Assembly (NCBI GenBank): GCA_963818475.1
Contig: CAWFSF010000002.1
Location: 448,001 to 512,000 of the forward strand
Length of the DNA: 64,000 bases
Reading direction: 5' to 3'
DNA from: Nitrospirota bacterium
GTDB lineage: Bacteria > Nitrospirota > UBA9217
In this document: one piece after another, positions 10,043 through 21,211 of the stretch
Numbering within the stretch: position 1 is the first letter of the stretch
Layout of the letters: each line of letters begins with the position of its first letter
Translations under genes and position numbers: made by a program
The notes under the pieces: model-generated
What the model saw: only the letters and a program-made list of their open reading frames with translations
Database searches by the model: none
Told to the model about the DNA's origin: nothing

Positions 10043-10959
10043 TAGAGTGCCAGTCTCAAGATCTCCTCCACCAGGTCCGGGAAGGAGATCCCCGCTCCCC
10101 GGGCGATATCGGGCAGCAGGCTCGTGGCGGTCATGCCCGGCAGCGTGTTCACCTCGAGGATGTAGGGCGCGCCGCTTTCATCGATGATGAAATCGACCCT
10201 GCTGTAGCCCCGGCAGCCAAGAGCGCGGTGCGCGTTCAATCCCGCTTCGAGCACCCCTTCGTAGGCCTCTTTATCGATCCTGGCCGGGAAGAAGTGGTCC
10301 GACATCCCCTGTTTGTATTTTGATTCGTAGTCATAGAAGACATTCTTCGGCACGATCTCGATCGCGCCGAGCGCGCGGTCCCCCAAGACCCCGACCTGGA
10401 CTTCTTTCCCCCTGATGTATTTCTCCACCAGGATCTCCCGGTCATACTGGAATGCCAGGTCCGCTGCGGGCCTGAGCTCTTCGTGCGCATACACCAGGCT
10501 CACGCCGACGCTCGAACCTTCGGAACTCGGTTTGACCACCACGGGATAGCTCATGACCGACGGCACTTCATTCAGCTGCTCCCGCTTGCGGGCATCGACG
10601 ACCAGGTACGGGCCGACCAGGAGGCCGTGGTTTTTGAACACCATCTTGGAAATGATCTTGTTCATTCCCATGGCGCTCGCGAGGATGCCCGAACCGGTGC
10701 AAGGGATGCCGGCGATCTCAAGCAGCCCCTGGATGGCACCGTCCTCGCCGTACTTGCCGTGCAGGCCGTTGAACGCGACCTCAATGCCTGCTTTCCGGAC
10801 CTGTTCCCCCGCATCCCTGCCCACGTCGATGGCCACCGCGTTGTAGCCTTTTTCCCGAAGCGCCGCAAGGATGGCCTTCCCCGTGGAGAGCGAGACCTCG
10901 CGCTCCGACGAAAGCCCGCCCATAAGTACGCCGATTTTTTTATTCGTCACCAAGGCCAT
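10042..10959 (-). CDS. ddl: D-alanine--D-alanine ligase
   Basis: GGLSSEREVSL, LHGKYGEDG, EGSSVGV, LEVNTLPGMT. Confidence 0.97.
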   Translation of the reverse strand: MALVTNKKIGVLMGGLSSEREVSLSTGKAILAALREKGYNAVAIDVGRDAGEQVRKAGIEVAFNGLHGKYGEDGAIQGLLEIAGIPCTGSGILASAMGMNKIISKMVFKNHGLLVGPYLVVDARKREQLNEVPSVMSYPVVVKPSSEGSSVGVSLVYAHEELRPAADLAFQYDREILVEKYIRGKEVQVGVLGDRALGAIEIVPKNVFYDYESKYKQGMSDHFFPARIDKEAYEGVLEAGLNAHRALGCRGYSRVDFIIDESGAPYILEVNTLPGMTATSLLPDIARGAGISFPDLVEEILRLAL

Positions 10960-10966
10960 AATAGTG

Positions 10967-11093
10967 AAATTCCAAATACCAAAGTTCAAATCCCAAATAA
11001 TATCGAAACGCCAAGACCCAATGTACGAAACGCTTTATTTTCCTTTTGGTGCTTGGAGCTTATTTGAGATTTCGTGCTTGGTTTTTGGAATTT
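10967..11093. repeat. Degenerate heptamer inverted-repeat element at the murB/ddl junction
   Basis: aaattccaaataccaaagttcaaatcccaaat ... atttcgtgcttggtttttggaattt. Confidence 0.65.
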
Positions 11094-11100
11094 GTCCCTC

Positions 11101-12009
11101 CTATTCTTCTCCGAGGATCTTGATCTCCGGCTCAAGCCGCGCGCCGTGCACATCGAGCACGGTTTGCTTCACGATCTCCATGAGCGACAGAACATCGGCA
11201 GCCGTTGCCTTGCCGGTGTTCACGATGAAGTTCGCATGCTTTTCCGAGACCTGCGCGCCGCCCACGGTCTTGCCCTTGAGCCCTGCGCTTTCGATCAGCT
11301 TGCCGGCCGACTCGTCAAGCGGGTTTTTGAATATGGAACCGGCGTTCGGCAACCCCCAGGGCTGCCGCTCCTTCCGCTTGTCCATGAGCGCCTTGACCTT
11401 CGCTTCTATTTTGTTCTTCTCATCGTGTCGCAGCTGCAAGAGGGCGCTCAGCACGACGTGGCCCGCAGGAACACTTGCGCTCCGGTACCCGAAGCCCATC
11501 TCTTCTTTGCTCCGGGTTGCAAGCTCCCCGCCGGGGGTGAGCAGGGTCACGGTCTCGACCACATCTCCCATCTCCCCCTCGGCAGTGCCTGCGTTCATGC
11601 AGACCGCGCCGCCGAGGGTGCCGGGAATGCCGGTCGCAAATTCGAGTCCCGTCAGCGCCGCGTTGGCGGTGAAGGAGATCACTTTCGCGAGCGCAGCGCC
11701 CGCTTCCGCGTAAACGACCGCATAGGTGCCGCCCAGGGAGCGGTATTCCCGCTCGACCTTGACCGCGTTCAGGCGCCGCAGGCTGATCACGACGCCGCGA
11801 AACCCGCCGTCCCGCACCAGAACGTTCGTGCCTCCGCCCAGAACGACGGAGTTCAGCTCCTGCGCCCTGATCTCCCGAAGCAGCGCCACCAGATCAGCAG
11901 TGTCCGCGGGATAGACCAGCAGGTCCGCCGGACCGCCGATGCCGAAGGACGTGTGCCTGCTCAGCGGTTCGTTCCGCAGGACCTCTCCCTTAATGTTTTT
12001 TATCTCCAT
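11101..12009 (-). CDS. murB: UDP-N-acetylenolpyruvoylglucosamine reductase
   Basis: [43 protein letters not shown]. Confidence 0.97.
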   Translation of the reverse strand: MEIKNIKGEVLRNEPLSRHTSFGIGGPADLLVYPADTADLVALLREIRAQELNSVVLGGGTNVLVRDGGFRGVVISLRRLNAVKVEREYRSLGGTYAVVYAEAGAALAKVISFTANAALTGLEFATGIPGTLGGAVCMNAGTAEGEMGDVVETVTLLTPGGELATRSKEEMGFGYRSASVPAGHVVLSALLQLRHDEKNKIEAKVKALMDKRKERQPWGLPNAGSIFKNPLDESAGKLIESAGLKGKTVGGAQVSEKHANFIVNTGKATAADVLSLMEIVKQTVLDVHGARLEPEIKILGEE

Positions 12010-13378
12010 GCGTCAGCCCCTCCAGTGTCTGTTCTCCCAGCTTCCACACGTCGCCGGCCCCGAGCGTGATAAGGAGGTCGCCCTTTTTGAGCGCCTCCAC
12101 GAGGTGCGGCACGATCTTGTCCCGGTCCGGGAGGAACGTCACGTCCTTGTGCCCGTACTTCTTGATGCCCTCGAAGAGCGCCTGGCCAGAAACGCCGGGG
12201 ATCGGCTTCTCACCGGCGGCGTAGATATCCATGATAATGAGCTTGTCCGCCTGGTTGAAGGACGTGAAGAACTCCTGGAGCAGATGCTGCGTCCGGGTGT
12301 AGCGGTGCGGCTGGAACACGACCACGACGCGGCGCTCCAACCCTGCTGCAGCGGCAGCCAGCGTGGCCCTGACCTCGGTGGGGTGGTGGCCGTAATCGTC
12401 CACAACGATGATGCCGTTCACCTCACCCTTGATCTGGAACCGCCGCTGCACGCCGGCGAACTCCTTGAGCGCCTTGCGGATCGTTTCAAGCTCCACCTCC
12501 AGCTCCCGGGCGACCGCGATGGCCGCCAGGCTGTTATTGATGTTATGCACGCCCGGCACCGACAGTTCGAACCAGCCCAGGTCCTGGCCGAGATGGACGA
12601 CCTTGAACCGGGACCCCAGCGGCTTGAGCGCGATGTCCCTGGCCTGGTAATCCGCCTGGGAGCTCATGCCGTAGGTCTGGTAGCGCTTCTGGACCGACTG
12701 GATGAGCGCCTGGATATGCGGCTGGTCCAGACAGAGGATCGCGACGCCGTAAAAGGGCACCTTGTTGATGAAGGTGAGGAATGCGTCCTTGATCTCCGCG
12801 ATGTCCTTATAGTAGTCGAGGTGCTCCTCGTCGATGGTCGTGACCACCGCGATGGTGGGCGAAAGCTTGAGAAAGCTGCCGTCGCTCTCGTCCGCTTCGG
12901 CCACCAGGAACTCGCCCTGGCCCAGCTTGGCATTGGACCCGCCCAGGCTGTTCAGCTTGCCGCCGATGACGACGGTGGGGTCGATGCCGCCCGCCGCCAG
13001 CACGGTCGCTACCATCGAGGTCGTCGTGGTCTTGCCGTGCGCGCCTGCGATGGCGACACCGTACTTCAGGCGCATGAGCTCTGCCAGCATCTCCGCCCGC
13101 GGGATCACCGGCACCTGCTGTTCCCGCGCCGCGATCACTTCGACGTTGTCGTTCTTGACCGCCGAAGAGATGACGACCACGTGCGGCGAGGTGACGTTCT
13201 CAGCACGGTGGCCGATGGCGATCTCGCCGCCGAGCTTCCGCAGCCGCTCCGTGATGTCCGACTCCTTCATGTCCGATCCCGAGACCTTGTACCCGAGGTT
13301 CAGGAGCACTTCGGCAATGCCGCTCATGCCGATGCCGCCGATGCCGACGAAATGAATGTGTTTAATTTTTTTGAACAT
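11990..13378 (-). CDS. murC: UDP-N-acetylmuramate--L-alanine ligase
   Basis: [39 protein letters not shown]. Confidence 0.97.
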   Translation of the reverse strand: MFKKIKHIHFVGIGGIGMSGIAEVLLNLGYKVSGSDMKESDITERLRKLGGEIAIGHRAENVTSPHVVVISSAVKNDNVEVIAAREQQVPVIPRAEMLAELMRLKYGVAIAGAHGKTTTTSMVATVLAAGGIDPTVVIGGKLNSLGGSNAKLGQGEFLVAEADESDGSFLKLSPTIAVVTTIDEEHLDYYKDIAEIKDAFLTFINKVPFYGVAILCLDQPHIQALIQSVQKRYQTYGMSSQADYQARDIALKPLGSRFKVVHLGQDLGWFELSVPGVHNINNSLAAIAVARELEVELETIRKALKEFAGVQRRFQIKGEVNGIIVVDDYGHHPTEVRATLAAAAAGLERRVVVVFQPHRYTRTQHLLQEFFTSFNQADKLIIMDIYAAGEKPIPGVSGQALFEGIKKYGHKDVTFLPDRDKIVPHLVEALKKGDLLITLGAGDVWKLGEQTLEGLTHGDKKH

Positions 13379-14439
13379 AGTCTCTGCAGATGCCTGCGAT
13401 CTCCTCCGCCGCCGTGTTCGCCAGCGGTTGCACCGATGGCGCTTCTGTTCCGGCATATTTTTGTATCACTGCTGCGAGCTTCTCCGCCGTCAGTTCCGGC
13501 TGCAGCACCACCTCGGCTGCGCCGCGGGCCGCCAGGGTCCTCGCGTTATGCTCCTGATGATTGTCCGCGGCAAAAGGGAACGGGACCAGCACGGCCCGCT
13601 TTCCGCACACGGCGAGCTCCGCCACCGTGGTGGCGCCGGAGCGCGAGACCACCAGGTCCGCCACAGCATAGGCGCCTGCCATGTCAACGACATAGGGCAG
13701 CACGACCGCCTTCACGCCCGCCTCGCGGTATCCGGCGGCCACGTCGGCAACGTCGGCGGCCCCGGTCTGATGCAGTATCTGAAGGTTGGCGAGTCCTGCT
13801 CAGGTTCTGCGCCGCTTCCTTCATGGCCATGTTGATGGCATGGGCGCCGCCGCTTCCGCCCATGACGAAGACCGTGAACCTCCCGGGATCCAGTCCGAAA
13901 TCAAGAAGCGCCTTCCCGCGGTCGCCCTGATCAATGCCCTTGCGCACCAGCGGTCCGGCATGGACGGTCTTCTGCTTCGGAAAGAATTGCTGACGGTCCG
14001 TGCCGGGAAAACAGAGCACCACCTTCCGGGCCAGCCTGCCGAGCACGCGGTTCGCCAGACCGGCATAGGAGTTCGGCTCGATGATAAGGAGCGGCCTGCG
14101 GCTGAGCCAGGCCGCAAGCGCCACGGGCCCCGATGCGTAGCCGCCGACGCCGATCACCACGTCCGGATTCACTTCCCGCAGCAGGAGCAGTGACTGCAGA
14201 ATGCTCCGCGGCAGCGTAATGAGGGTCTTCAGCGTCGAGACCAGCTTCATTCCCTTGAGCTTGCCCACGCTGATGAAGCGCAGCGGCAGCCCTTCTCCGG
14301 GCAGCACCCGCGCCTCGATGCCCTGCTCGGTTCCCACGAACAGGACCTCGTTGCCGGGCTGGTGCAGCAGTTCCCGGGCAATAGCGATCCCCGGATAGAG
14401 ATGCCCCCCCGTTCCCCCGCCCGCAATGATCACCTTCAT
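13362..14439 (-). CDS. murG: Lipid II GlcNAc transferase MurG (frameshifted)
   Basis: [27 protein letters not shown]; C-terminal [11 protein letters not shown] and DNHQEHNA in a second frame. Confidence 0.93.
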
Positions 14440-14474
14440 GCCTTTGCCTGCTTTTTTTTCTTCGTCTTGGTTGT

Positions 14475-14506
14475 CATTCCGCAATCCGAAATCCGCAATC
14501 CGCAAT
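14475..14506. repeat. Heptamer ATCCGMA run at the ftsW/murG junction
   Basis: cattccgcaatccgaaatccgcaatccgcaat. Confidence 0.75.
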
Positions 14507-14511
14507 GCATC

Positions 14512-15621
14512 TCAGGTTTCCCTCGAAATATTCAACAGCACTCCCAGCGCCCCCAGGGTGATCACCAGCGACGAACCGCCGTAGCTGACCAGCGGCAGCG
14601 CAATGCCCTTGGTCGGGAACATGCCGGTAACGACGGCCATGTTCATGAGCGCCTGGAGGCAGACCAGGAGCGTAATGCCGAACGCCAGCATCCGGCTGAA
14701 ACGCTCGCCCGCCGCAAGTGCGATCCGCAGGCCGCGCCACAGGAGGAACAGGAACAGGGCGAGCACCGCAAGCGCGCCGATCAATCCGAGCTCCTCGCCG
14801 ATCACGGCATAGATGAAATCCGAGTGGCGCTCCGGCAGGAAGAGCAGCTTCTGCCGACCCTCGCCGAGCCCCCGGCCGAAAATGCCGCCGCTGCCGAAGG
14901 CGAGGAACGACTGGATGATCTGATGTCCGGCACCCTGGGGGTCGGCCCAGGGATCGAGGAACGAGAAGATCCGCCGCGCCCGGTAGGCCTTGTGGAACAC
15001 GGCAATATAGATAAAGGGCAGCGCCGCAAGAACGGTCGCGCCAAGATGCAGAACATTCGCTCCTCCGGCAAAAAGCATGATGCCCGCGACCAGGGCGATC
15101 GTCATGGTCGTTCCGAAATCCGGCTGGAGCACCGCCGTTGCCATGAACAGACCGGCCACGACGTAGGCGGGTGTGATGCCGTTCATGAAATCTCTTATGC
15201 GTTCGCCCTTCTTTGCAATATAATAGCTCAGATAGACAACCAGAGCGACCTTGGCGAGCTCCGAGGGCTGGAACGAGAGCATGCCGAGCCGCAGCCACCG
15301 GCTCGAACCATTGACCGTCCGCCCGATGCCGGGCACCAGCGTCGCCGCCAGCAGCAGCAGCGATGCAAGCAGGATCGCCACGACGACCCGCTGTTCTCCG
15401 AGCCAGCGGTGGTCCATGCGCATGGTGATCGCCATGACCAGAAGCCCGCCAACGGCCCACAGAAGCTGGCGCCGTGCAAAGAACGCCGCGTCGTCGTAGC
15501 TCGTGAGCGCGACCACGCTGCTCGAACTGTAGACCATCACCACGCTGATGATGATAAGCCCCAGGATCGCTGCGAAGAGCGGGCTGTCGTAATGGCCTCG
15601 TTGTGTCGCTGCGATCTGCAT
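14512..15621 (-). CDS. ftsW: SEDS peptidoglycan polymerase FtsW
   Basis: FQPSELAK, LQPDFGT, LPERHSDFI, LPLVSYGGSS. Confidence 0.97.
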   Translation of the reverse strand: MQIAATQRGHYDSPLFAAILGLIIISVVMVYSSSSVVALTSYDDAAFFARRQLLWAVGGLLVMAITMRMDHRWLGEQRVVVAILLASLLLLAATLVPGIGRTVNGSSRWLRLGMLSFQPSELAKVALVVYLSYYIAKKGERIRDFMNGITPAYVVAGLFMATAVLQPDFGTTMTIALVAGIMLFAGGANVLHLGATVLAALPFIYIAVFHKAYRARRIFSFLDPWADPQGAGHQIIQSFLAFGSGGIFGRGLGEGRQKLLFLPERHSDFIYAVIGEELGLIGALAVLALFLFLLWRGLRIALAAGERFSRMLAFGITLLVCLQALMNMAVVTGMFPTKGIALPLVSYGGSSLVITLGALGVLLNISRET

Positions 15622-15681
15622 TCAGGGCTCCCGTTCCAACCTTCGCCTTGCCTTCATCTTAATCCGCAATCCGCATTGCCA

Positions 15682-17019
15682 TTACAGCTTCTTCACCGCT
15701 TCCTTGAACTTCCGGCCCCGGTCCTCGAAATCCTTGAACATGTCGAAGCTCGCGCAGGCCGGCGACAGCAGCACCACGTCGCCTAACGCTGCCTGTTCTG
15801 CTGCGATCCGAACCGCTTCCTCCAGGGAGGCAGCGCGCACGGTATCGGTCGCGCTGCCAAGCGCCTCTTCCATCTTGTCTGCGGCCTTGCCGATCAGGAT
15901 CAGCAGTTTCACCTTTTCGGCAAAGAGGTTGTAGAGCGGGCTGAAATCGCTTCCCTTGTCGAGTCCGCCGGCGATCAGGATGACCGGGTGCGTGAAGCCT
16001 TCGACGGACTTCACCACGGCGCCGACGTTCGTGCCCTTGGAATCGTTGATATAGGTGACGCCGTTCCGCTTGCGCACGAACTCAAGCCGGTGCTCGAGCC
16101 CGGGATATTCTTTCAGCACGGCCGCGACCGATGCGATGTCCGCACCGGCGATGAGCGACAAGGCCGCGGCTGCCAGGGCATTCTCGAGATTATGCACTCC
16201 TTTTATCCTGATCTCGTCGGTCCGGATAACGCGCTGGTTGTTAAACAGGAGATAGCCGTCCAGAACGCAGGCGCCGGGGTTGAACCGAAGCAGCCGCGAA
16301 AAAGGGACGATCGTGGCAGCCGTCCGCTGTGCGAACGCCTTCACCTCGGGATCGTCATAGTTCAGCACCAGGACATCGTCCTTCTGCTGGTTCATGAACA
16401 CGCGCGCCTTGGCTTCGCTGTACTCGGCCAGGTCGTGGTACCGGTCGAGATGGTCCTGGGTCACGTTCAGTATCGCGGCAACGCGGGGCCTGAACGTTTC
16501 GATGTCCTCCAGCTGGAAGCTTGACAGCTCGGCCACGATCCAGTCCTGGCCCCGAAGCAGTGCGACATCCTCGGTCAACGCATTGCCGATGTTCCCTGCC
16601 ACGAGGACCTTCTTTCCCGCCTTCGCCAGCATGAGCCCCACCAGGGTCGTGACCGTGGACTTGCCGTTCGTGCCGGTGATGCCGATGTAGGGAGACTCCG
16701 ACAGCAGCCACGCGAGCTCAAGTTCGCTGATCACGGGAACGCCCTTCTCGCGCGCCTTCAGGATCGGCGCGATCTTCGGCACGCCGGGGCTGAGCACGAT
16801 CAGGTCCGTTTCAAGGAAGATGCGCTCCGGGTGGCCGCCTGCCTCGACAACGATGCGGCTGATGCCCAGGGCCGTTACCTGCGCTGCCAGCTCCGCAAGC
16901 GGTTTTTTGTCCGTAATGGTCACCTGCGCGCCGAGCGCGTCGAGCGCGCGAGCTGCCGCAATGCCGCTCCGGGCCATGCCCACCACCGTTACCCGTTTAT
17001 CCTTAAAGTTCACCGCCAC
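15682..17019 (-). CDS. murD: UDP-MurNAc-L-Ala--D-glutamate ligase
   Basis: ITGTNGKSTVT, ELSSFQLE, NDSKGTN, LSPACASFDMF. Confidence 0.97.
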   Translation of the reverse strand: MAVNFKDKRVTVVGMARSGIAAARALDALGAQVTITDKKPLAELAAQVTALGISRIVVEAGGHPERIFLETDLIVLSPGVPKIAPILKAREKGVPVISELELAWLLSESPYIGITGTNGKSTVTTLVGLMLAKAGKKVLVAGNIGNALTEDVALLRGQDWIVAELSSFQLEDIETFRPRVAAILNVTQDHLDRYHDLAEYSEAKARVFMNQQKDDVLVLNYDDPEVKAFAQRTAATIVPFSRLLRFNPGACVLDGYLLFNNQRVIRTDEIRIKGVHNLENALAAAALSLIAGADIASVAAVLKEYPGLEHRLEFVRKRNGVTYINDSKGTNVGAVVKSVEGFTHPVILIAGGLDKGSDFSPLYNLFAEKVKLLILIGKAADKMEEALGSATDTVRAASLEEAVRIAAEQAALGDVVLLSPACASFDMFKDFEDRGRKFKEAVKKL

Positions 17020-17079
17020 GTTTCCTCCGCCGTTACAGCTTTTTTCAGTCATCGCATCGTTAAGACTACATCACAAATC

Positions 17080-17163
17080 TTTTTTACCACGGAATCACGG
17101 AGACACGGAGAAATGCCAGTTCTTTTAGCTTGTTCTTCTCCGTGCCTCCGTGTCTCCGTGGTA
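17080..17163. repeat. 9-nt periodic CACGGAG inverted-repeat element at the mraY/murD junction
   Basis: accacggaatcacggagacacggag / ctccgtgcctccgtgtctccgtggt; same family as 841-1099. Confidence 0.8.
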
Positions 17164-17183
17164 GATCATGCTTTTTTAAAATT

Positions 17184-18266
17184 TTACCGCAGCTTCAGCG
17201 TGCTGATCGACACCAGCGCCAGGATGATGCCGGCGATCCAGAAACGCACGATCACCTTGGACTCGGGCCACCCGATCTGCTCGAAATGATGGTGCATGGG
17301 CGCCATCCTGAAGATCCGCTTGCCCCGCAGCTTGTACGAGCCGACCTGCAGCACCACCGAAAGCGTCTCGGCAACGAAGATGCCGCCGGTGACCACCAGG
17401 ATCAGTTCATGTTTGGTCACCACGGCCAGGGTGCCGAGCGCGGCTCCCAGCGAGAGCGAACCCACATCGCCCATGAACACCTCGGCAGGATGGGCGTTGT
17501 ACCACAGGAACCCGAGGCTCGCGCCGAGCAGGGCGCCGCAGAAGATCACGAGCTCGCCGCTGCCGGGGATATACAGGATCTTCAGATAGTCGGCGATCAC
17601 GCGGTTCCCGCCCAGGTAGACGAGCACGGCGTTGGCCGTTGCCGCAATGCCCACGAGGCCGATGGCCAGGCCGTCGAGGCCGTCGGTCAGGTTCACGGCG
17701 TTCGACGATCCCACGATCACGACCACGACAAAGGGGATATAGAACCAGCCCAGGTCTAGAAGTACGCGCTTCATGAACGGCACCGAGAGATAGGTGTTGT
17801 TCGGATCGCCCGGATTATAATAGAGGAAGAACCCGATGGCGAGCGCCGCTGCGATCTGCAGTCCGAACTTCTCCCGGGCCCGGAGGCCCGTGGATCGTTT
17901 TTTTACGACCTTGCGGTAATCGTCCCAGAACCCGATGGCACCGAAGGAGAGGGTGGCAAAGAGCACCACCCAGACATACTTGTTCGTCAGGTCGGACCAC
18001 AGCAGGGCCGAGCCTGCCAGCGCGGCGATGATGAGCAGGCCGCCCATGGTCGGCGTGCCCTGCTTGCTGAGATGGCTCTGGGGCCCGTCGTCCCTGACAT
18101 GCTGCCCCACTTTGAGCCTCCGGAGCCAGGAGATCATGGGCTTGCCGAAGACGAAGCAGATGATAAGCGCGGTCAGGACCGCCCCGGCGCTGCGGAAGGT
18201 GATGTACTTGAAGACATTGAATCCGGAGAACTGGTTGCGCAGCGGGTAAAGCAGATGATAGAGCAT
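17184..18266 (-). CDS. mraY: Phospho-MurNAc-pentapeptide transferase
   Basis: [38 protein letters not shown]. Confidence 0.98.
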   Translation of the reverse strand: MLYHLLYPLRNQFSGFNVFKYITFRSAGAVLTALIICFVFGKPMISWLRRLKVGQHVRDDGPQSHLSKQGTPTMGGLLIIAALAGSALLWSDLTNKYVWVVLFATLSFGAIGFWDDYRKVVKKRSTGLRAREKFGLQIAAALAIGFFLYYNPGDPNNTYLSVPFMKRVLLDLGWFYIPFVVVVIVGSSNAVNLTDGLDGLAIGLVGIAATANAVLVYLGGNRVIADYLKILYIPGSGELVIFCGALLGASLGFLWYNAHPAEVFMGDVGSLSLGAALGTLAVVTKHELILVVTGGIFVAETLSVVLQVGSYKLRGKRIFRMAPMHHHFEQIGWPESKVIVRFWIAGIILALVSISTLKLR

Positions 18267-19633
18267 TAGAATTCCTCCAGGATCTTTTCCATCTTCATGC
18301 CGCGCGAGCCCTTGATGAGCACGGCGTCGCCGTTTTTGGATTCTTTCGCCAGCCGCGCCGCAGCCTCAGCATGCGATCCTGCTGCGAAGAGGCGCTTGTT
18401 CGGCATCCCGGCCCCACGGGCGCCTTCGAGCATCAGCTTTGCCAGCGGACCCACGGTGATCAGCACCTCCACGCCCAGGCGCGCGGCAATCCTGCCGATT
18501 GCCCGGTGTTCCTCAACCGAGGAAGGGCCGAGCTCGAGCATGTCTCCCAGGACGGCCACGGACCGCGCTCCCGGTCGCAGGGTGACCAGCGTTTCGAGTG
18601 CGGCCTGGACCGAGCCGGGGTTGGCGTTGTAATAATCAGCAAGCACGGTCCTGCCCTTGATCACTTTGAGCTCGGAGCGCATGGCAACCGGTGAAAAATC
18701 ATCGAGCCCGTGCTGTATCGACTCGAGCGGCATGCCCACGGCTATCGCCGCAGCCGCCGCTGCCAGCGCATTGTAGATATTGTGCCTGCCCACGGCGCGG
18801 AGACGCACCTTCACCTGCCTGCCCTCCGCCTCGAGTGTAAAATCAGTGAGATCCTTCTCCTGCCGGATGGCGGAGGCCTTTACGTCCGCGCGCTGCTCGA
18901 TGCCGAAGGAAAGAACGCGGCCGCTCCACTTCTTTTTGAACGTTTCAAAATACGGATCATCGGCATTCAGCACAGCGGCTCCGCCGTCCCTGATATTTCC
19001 AAGCAGCTCCGCCTTGGCCTCGGCCACCCCGTCCAGGGATCCCAGGAACTCAAGGTGCGCCGGCCCGATGTTCGTGATCACGCCCACGTCCGGGTTCACG
19101 AGCCGGGCAAGCAGGTCGATCTCGCCCCGGGCGCTCATGCCCATCTCGATGACCGCGGCGCGGTGGTCCTTTTGAAGCTTCATCAGCGTCAGCGGCACGC
19201 CGATATGGTTGTTCAGGTTCCCTTCGTTCTTCAACACCGGCCCCTGCTGCTGCAGGATGCCGGCGGTCATTTCCTTGGTCGTGGTCTTGCCGTTCGACCC
19301 GGTGATGCCCACCATGGGAAGAGAGAACTTTTTGCGGTGCAGGAATGATATCTCCTGCAGCGCCCGCAGGGTATCTTCCACCGGAATGATGTTCGAAAGC
19401 CCGCTGAACTTCGCAAACTGTGTTTCCAGCATGGACCGGTCGACGACAGCGCCCCAGGCGCCTTTTTTCATCACCTCGGGCACGAAGTCGTGTCCATCGA
19501 AGCGGTCGCCTTTGATCGCAACAAAGAGCTCGCCTTCCTTGATTCTCCGAGAGTCTATGGATACACCCTTGATCTCCATGGCCTCGATCCTTTCGAGTAC
19601 GCCGGTCACTTTCTTTTTTTCAGCGTCGTTCAT
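18266..19633 (-). CDS. murF: UDP-MurNAc-tripeptide--D-Ala-D-Ala ligase
   Basis: [45 protein letters not shown]. Confidence 0.97.
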   Translation of the reverse strand: MNDAEKKKVTGVLERIEAMEIKGVSIDSRRIKEGELFVAIKGDRFDGHDFVPEVMKKGAWGAVVDRSMLETQFAKFSGLSNIIPVEDTLRALQEISFLHRKKFSLPMVGITGSNGKTTTKEMTAGILQQQGPVLKNEGNLNNHIGVPLTLMKLQKDHRAAVIEMGMSARGEIDLLARLVNPDVGVITNIGPAHLEFLGSLDGVAEAKAELLGNIRDGGAAVLNADDPYFETFKKKWSGRVLSFGIEQRADVKASAIRQEKDLTDFTLEAEGRQVKVRLRAVGRHNIYNALAAAAAAIAVGMPLESIQHGLDDFSPVAMRSELKVIKGRTVLADYYNANPGSVQAALETLVTLRPGARSVAVLGDMLELGPSSVEEHRAIGRIAARLGVEVLITVGPLAKLMLEGARGAGMPNKRLFAAGSHAEAAARLAKESKNGDAVLIKGSRGMKMEKILEEF

Positions 19634-19663
19634 TGCCCGATTTCAAATGCAAGCTGACGGCTT

Positions 19664-21211
19664 TTATCCCGTGCAACCGGTTCCGCATTTTGCATTTTGC
19701 TTCCTCTTCCTGATCGCGTCGCGCGCGGCTTCCCGGTCGTCGAAATGGTGCTTCACATTGCCGATGATCTGGTAGTCCTCATGCCCTTTGCCGGCAAGCA
19801 CGACGACGTCTCCGGGTCCTGCAAGCATGATCGCCGTGCTGATGGCCGCGGCGCGGTCGGGAATGACCAGATAGGGCGTTTTCCCGGGAATAATCTGCAA
19901 TGCTGCCGCAGGCGAATCGACCCTGGTCCCCGAAGCGGCCATGCCGCCTTCTATCTCACCGATGACGGCCCGCGGGTCTTCGGTCCTCGGATTGTCCGTG
20001 GTGACGATCGCAAGGTCGCTTTTATTCACAGCAACAGCGCCCATCAAGGGCCGCTTGGTCCTGTCCCGGTCTCCGCCGCAGCCGAACAGCGTGATCACTT
20101 TTCCCGTTGCTATTTCCCGGACGGCGTCCAGCAGCTTCGCCAGGGAATCTTCCGTGTGTGCGTAATCCACGATAACACCGAAGCACTGCCCCGCCTCCAC
20201 CTTCTCCATCCTGCCCGGCACTGCCTTCATCGCCGCGATGCCCCGGCCGATCGTCTCCGCGCTTATTCCCTGGGACAGGCCTGCGCCGATGGCAGCGAGG
20301 ATATTGTAGACATTATGCATGCCGATGAGCGGCGACTCCACGGAGATCACGCCGATGGGCGTGTGCACGGAAAAGGAGAGCCCCCCGATACCGTGGCCGA
20401 TGGCCTTCGCCGGATGAATGTCGGCCTGTCCGGACATACCATAGGTATACACCTTCGCCTTCGTCCTTGCAATAATGTCCGAAGTGGCCGCATCGTCCTT
20501 ATTGACCACCGCGGTCTTGTCCGCAGCAAGGCCCGTGAACAGCCTGAGCTTTGCCTGAAAATAGGACCCCAGGTCCTTATGGAAGTCCAGGTGGTCCTGC
20601 GCCAGGTTCGTGAAAAGGGCGGCCTCGAACACGCAGCCGTCGGTGCGGCCCAGCGCCAGGGCATGGGAGGAAACCTCCATGACGCAATAATCAGCCTGCG
20701 CTGCCACCATCTCAGCCAGGAGCCTTTGCAGGTCCAGCGACTCGGGGGTCGTGTTCGGCGCGGGATAGACCTTGTCCCCCACGCGATAGTCGATGGTGCC
20801 TATGAGTCCGGTCCGATGACCGGCAGCCTCGATGATGGATTTCACGAGGTAGCTCGTGGTCGTCTTGCCCTTCGTGCCGGTGATGCCGATAAGCTTGAGC
20901 CGCTCTGAAGGATGGCCGTAAAAGACCGTTGCAAGGCGCGCAAGAGCAATGCGGGAGTCGGGCACACCAATGACCAGTGCAGCGTTCGTATCTGCAGTGC
21001 TCCCCTCCTCGGCTATGACCGCGACAGCACCCTGCGCGAGGGCCTGCTGAATAAACTGATGGCCGTCCGAGTGGAATCCTCGCACGGCCACAAAAAGCGA
21101 CCCGGCGGTGATTGACCGGGAGTCGTGGGAAAGGGCGACAATCTCGCTGTCAGGGCAGTGCGGGGGCAGCGCGACCTGCAATGCCGTTGTCAGCAATTCA
21201 CTGAGTTTCAT
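19664..21211 (-). CDS. murE: UDP-MurNAc-dipeptide--meso-DAP ligase
   Basis: TGTKGKTTT, MEVSSHAL, VDYAHT, DNPR (DAP-type), AGKGHEDYQ. Confidence 0.97.
   Translation of the reverse strand: MKLSELLTTALQVALPPHCPDSEIVALSHDSRSITAGSLFVAVRGFHSDGHQFIQQALAQGAVAVIAEEGSTADTNAALVIGVPDSRIALARLATVFYGHPSERLKLIGITGTKGKTTTSYLVKSIIEAAGHRTGLIGTIDYRVGDKVYPAPNTTPESLDLQRLLAEMVAAQADYCVMEVSSHALALGRTDGCVFEAALFTNLAQDHLDFHKDLGSYFQAKLRLFTGLAADKTAVVNKDDAATSDIIARTKAKVYTYGMSGQADIHPAKAIGHGIGGLSFSVHTPIGVISVESPLIGMHNVYNILAAIGAGLSQGISAETIGRGIAAMKAVPGRMEKVEAGQCFGVIVDYAHTEDSLAKLLDAVREIATGKVITLFGCGGDRDRTKRPLMGAVAVNKSDLAIVTTDNPRTEDPRAVIGEIEGGMAASGTRVDSPAAALQIIPGKTPYLVIPDRAAAISTAIMLAGPGDVVVLAGKGHEDYQIIGNVKHHFDDREAARDAIRKRKQNAKCGTGCTG

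Noticed and set aside
11939-13930. Long antisense ORFs (this 663-aa ORF; also 40498-42408, 49937-51562, 21940-23430)
   Set aside because: Shadow frames opposite well-supported genes in GC-rich DNA.
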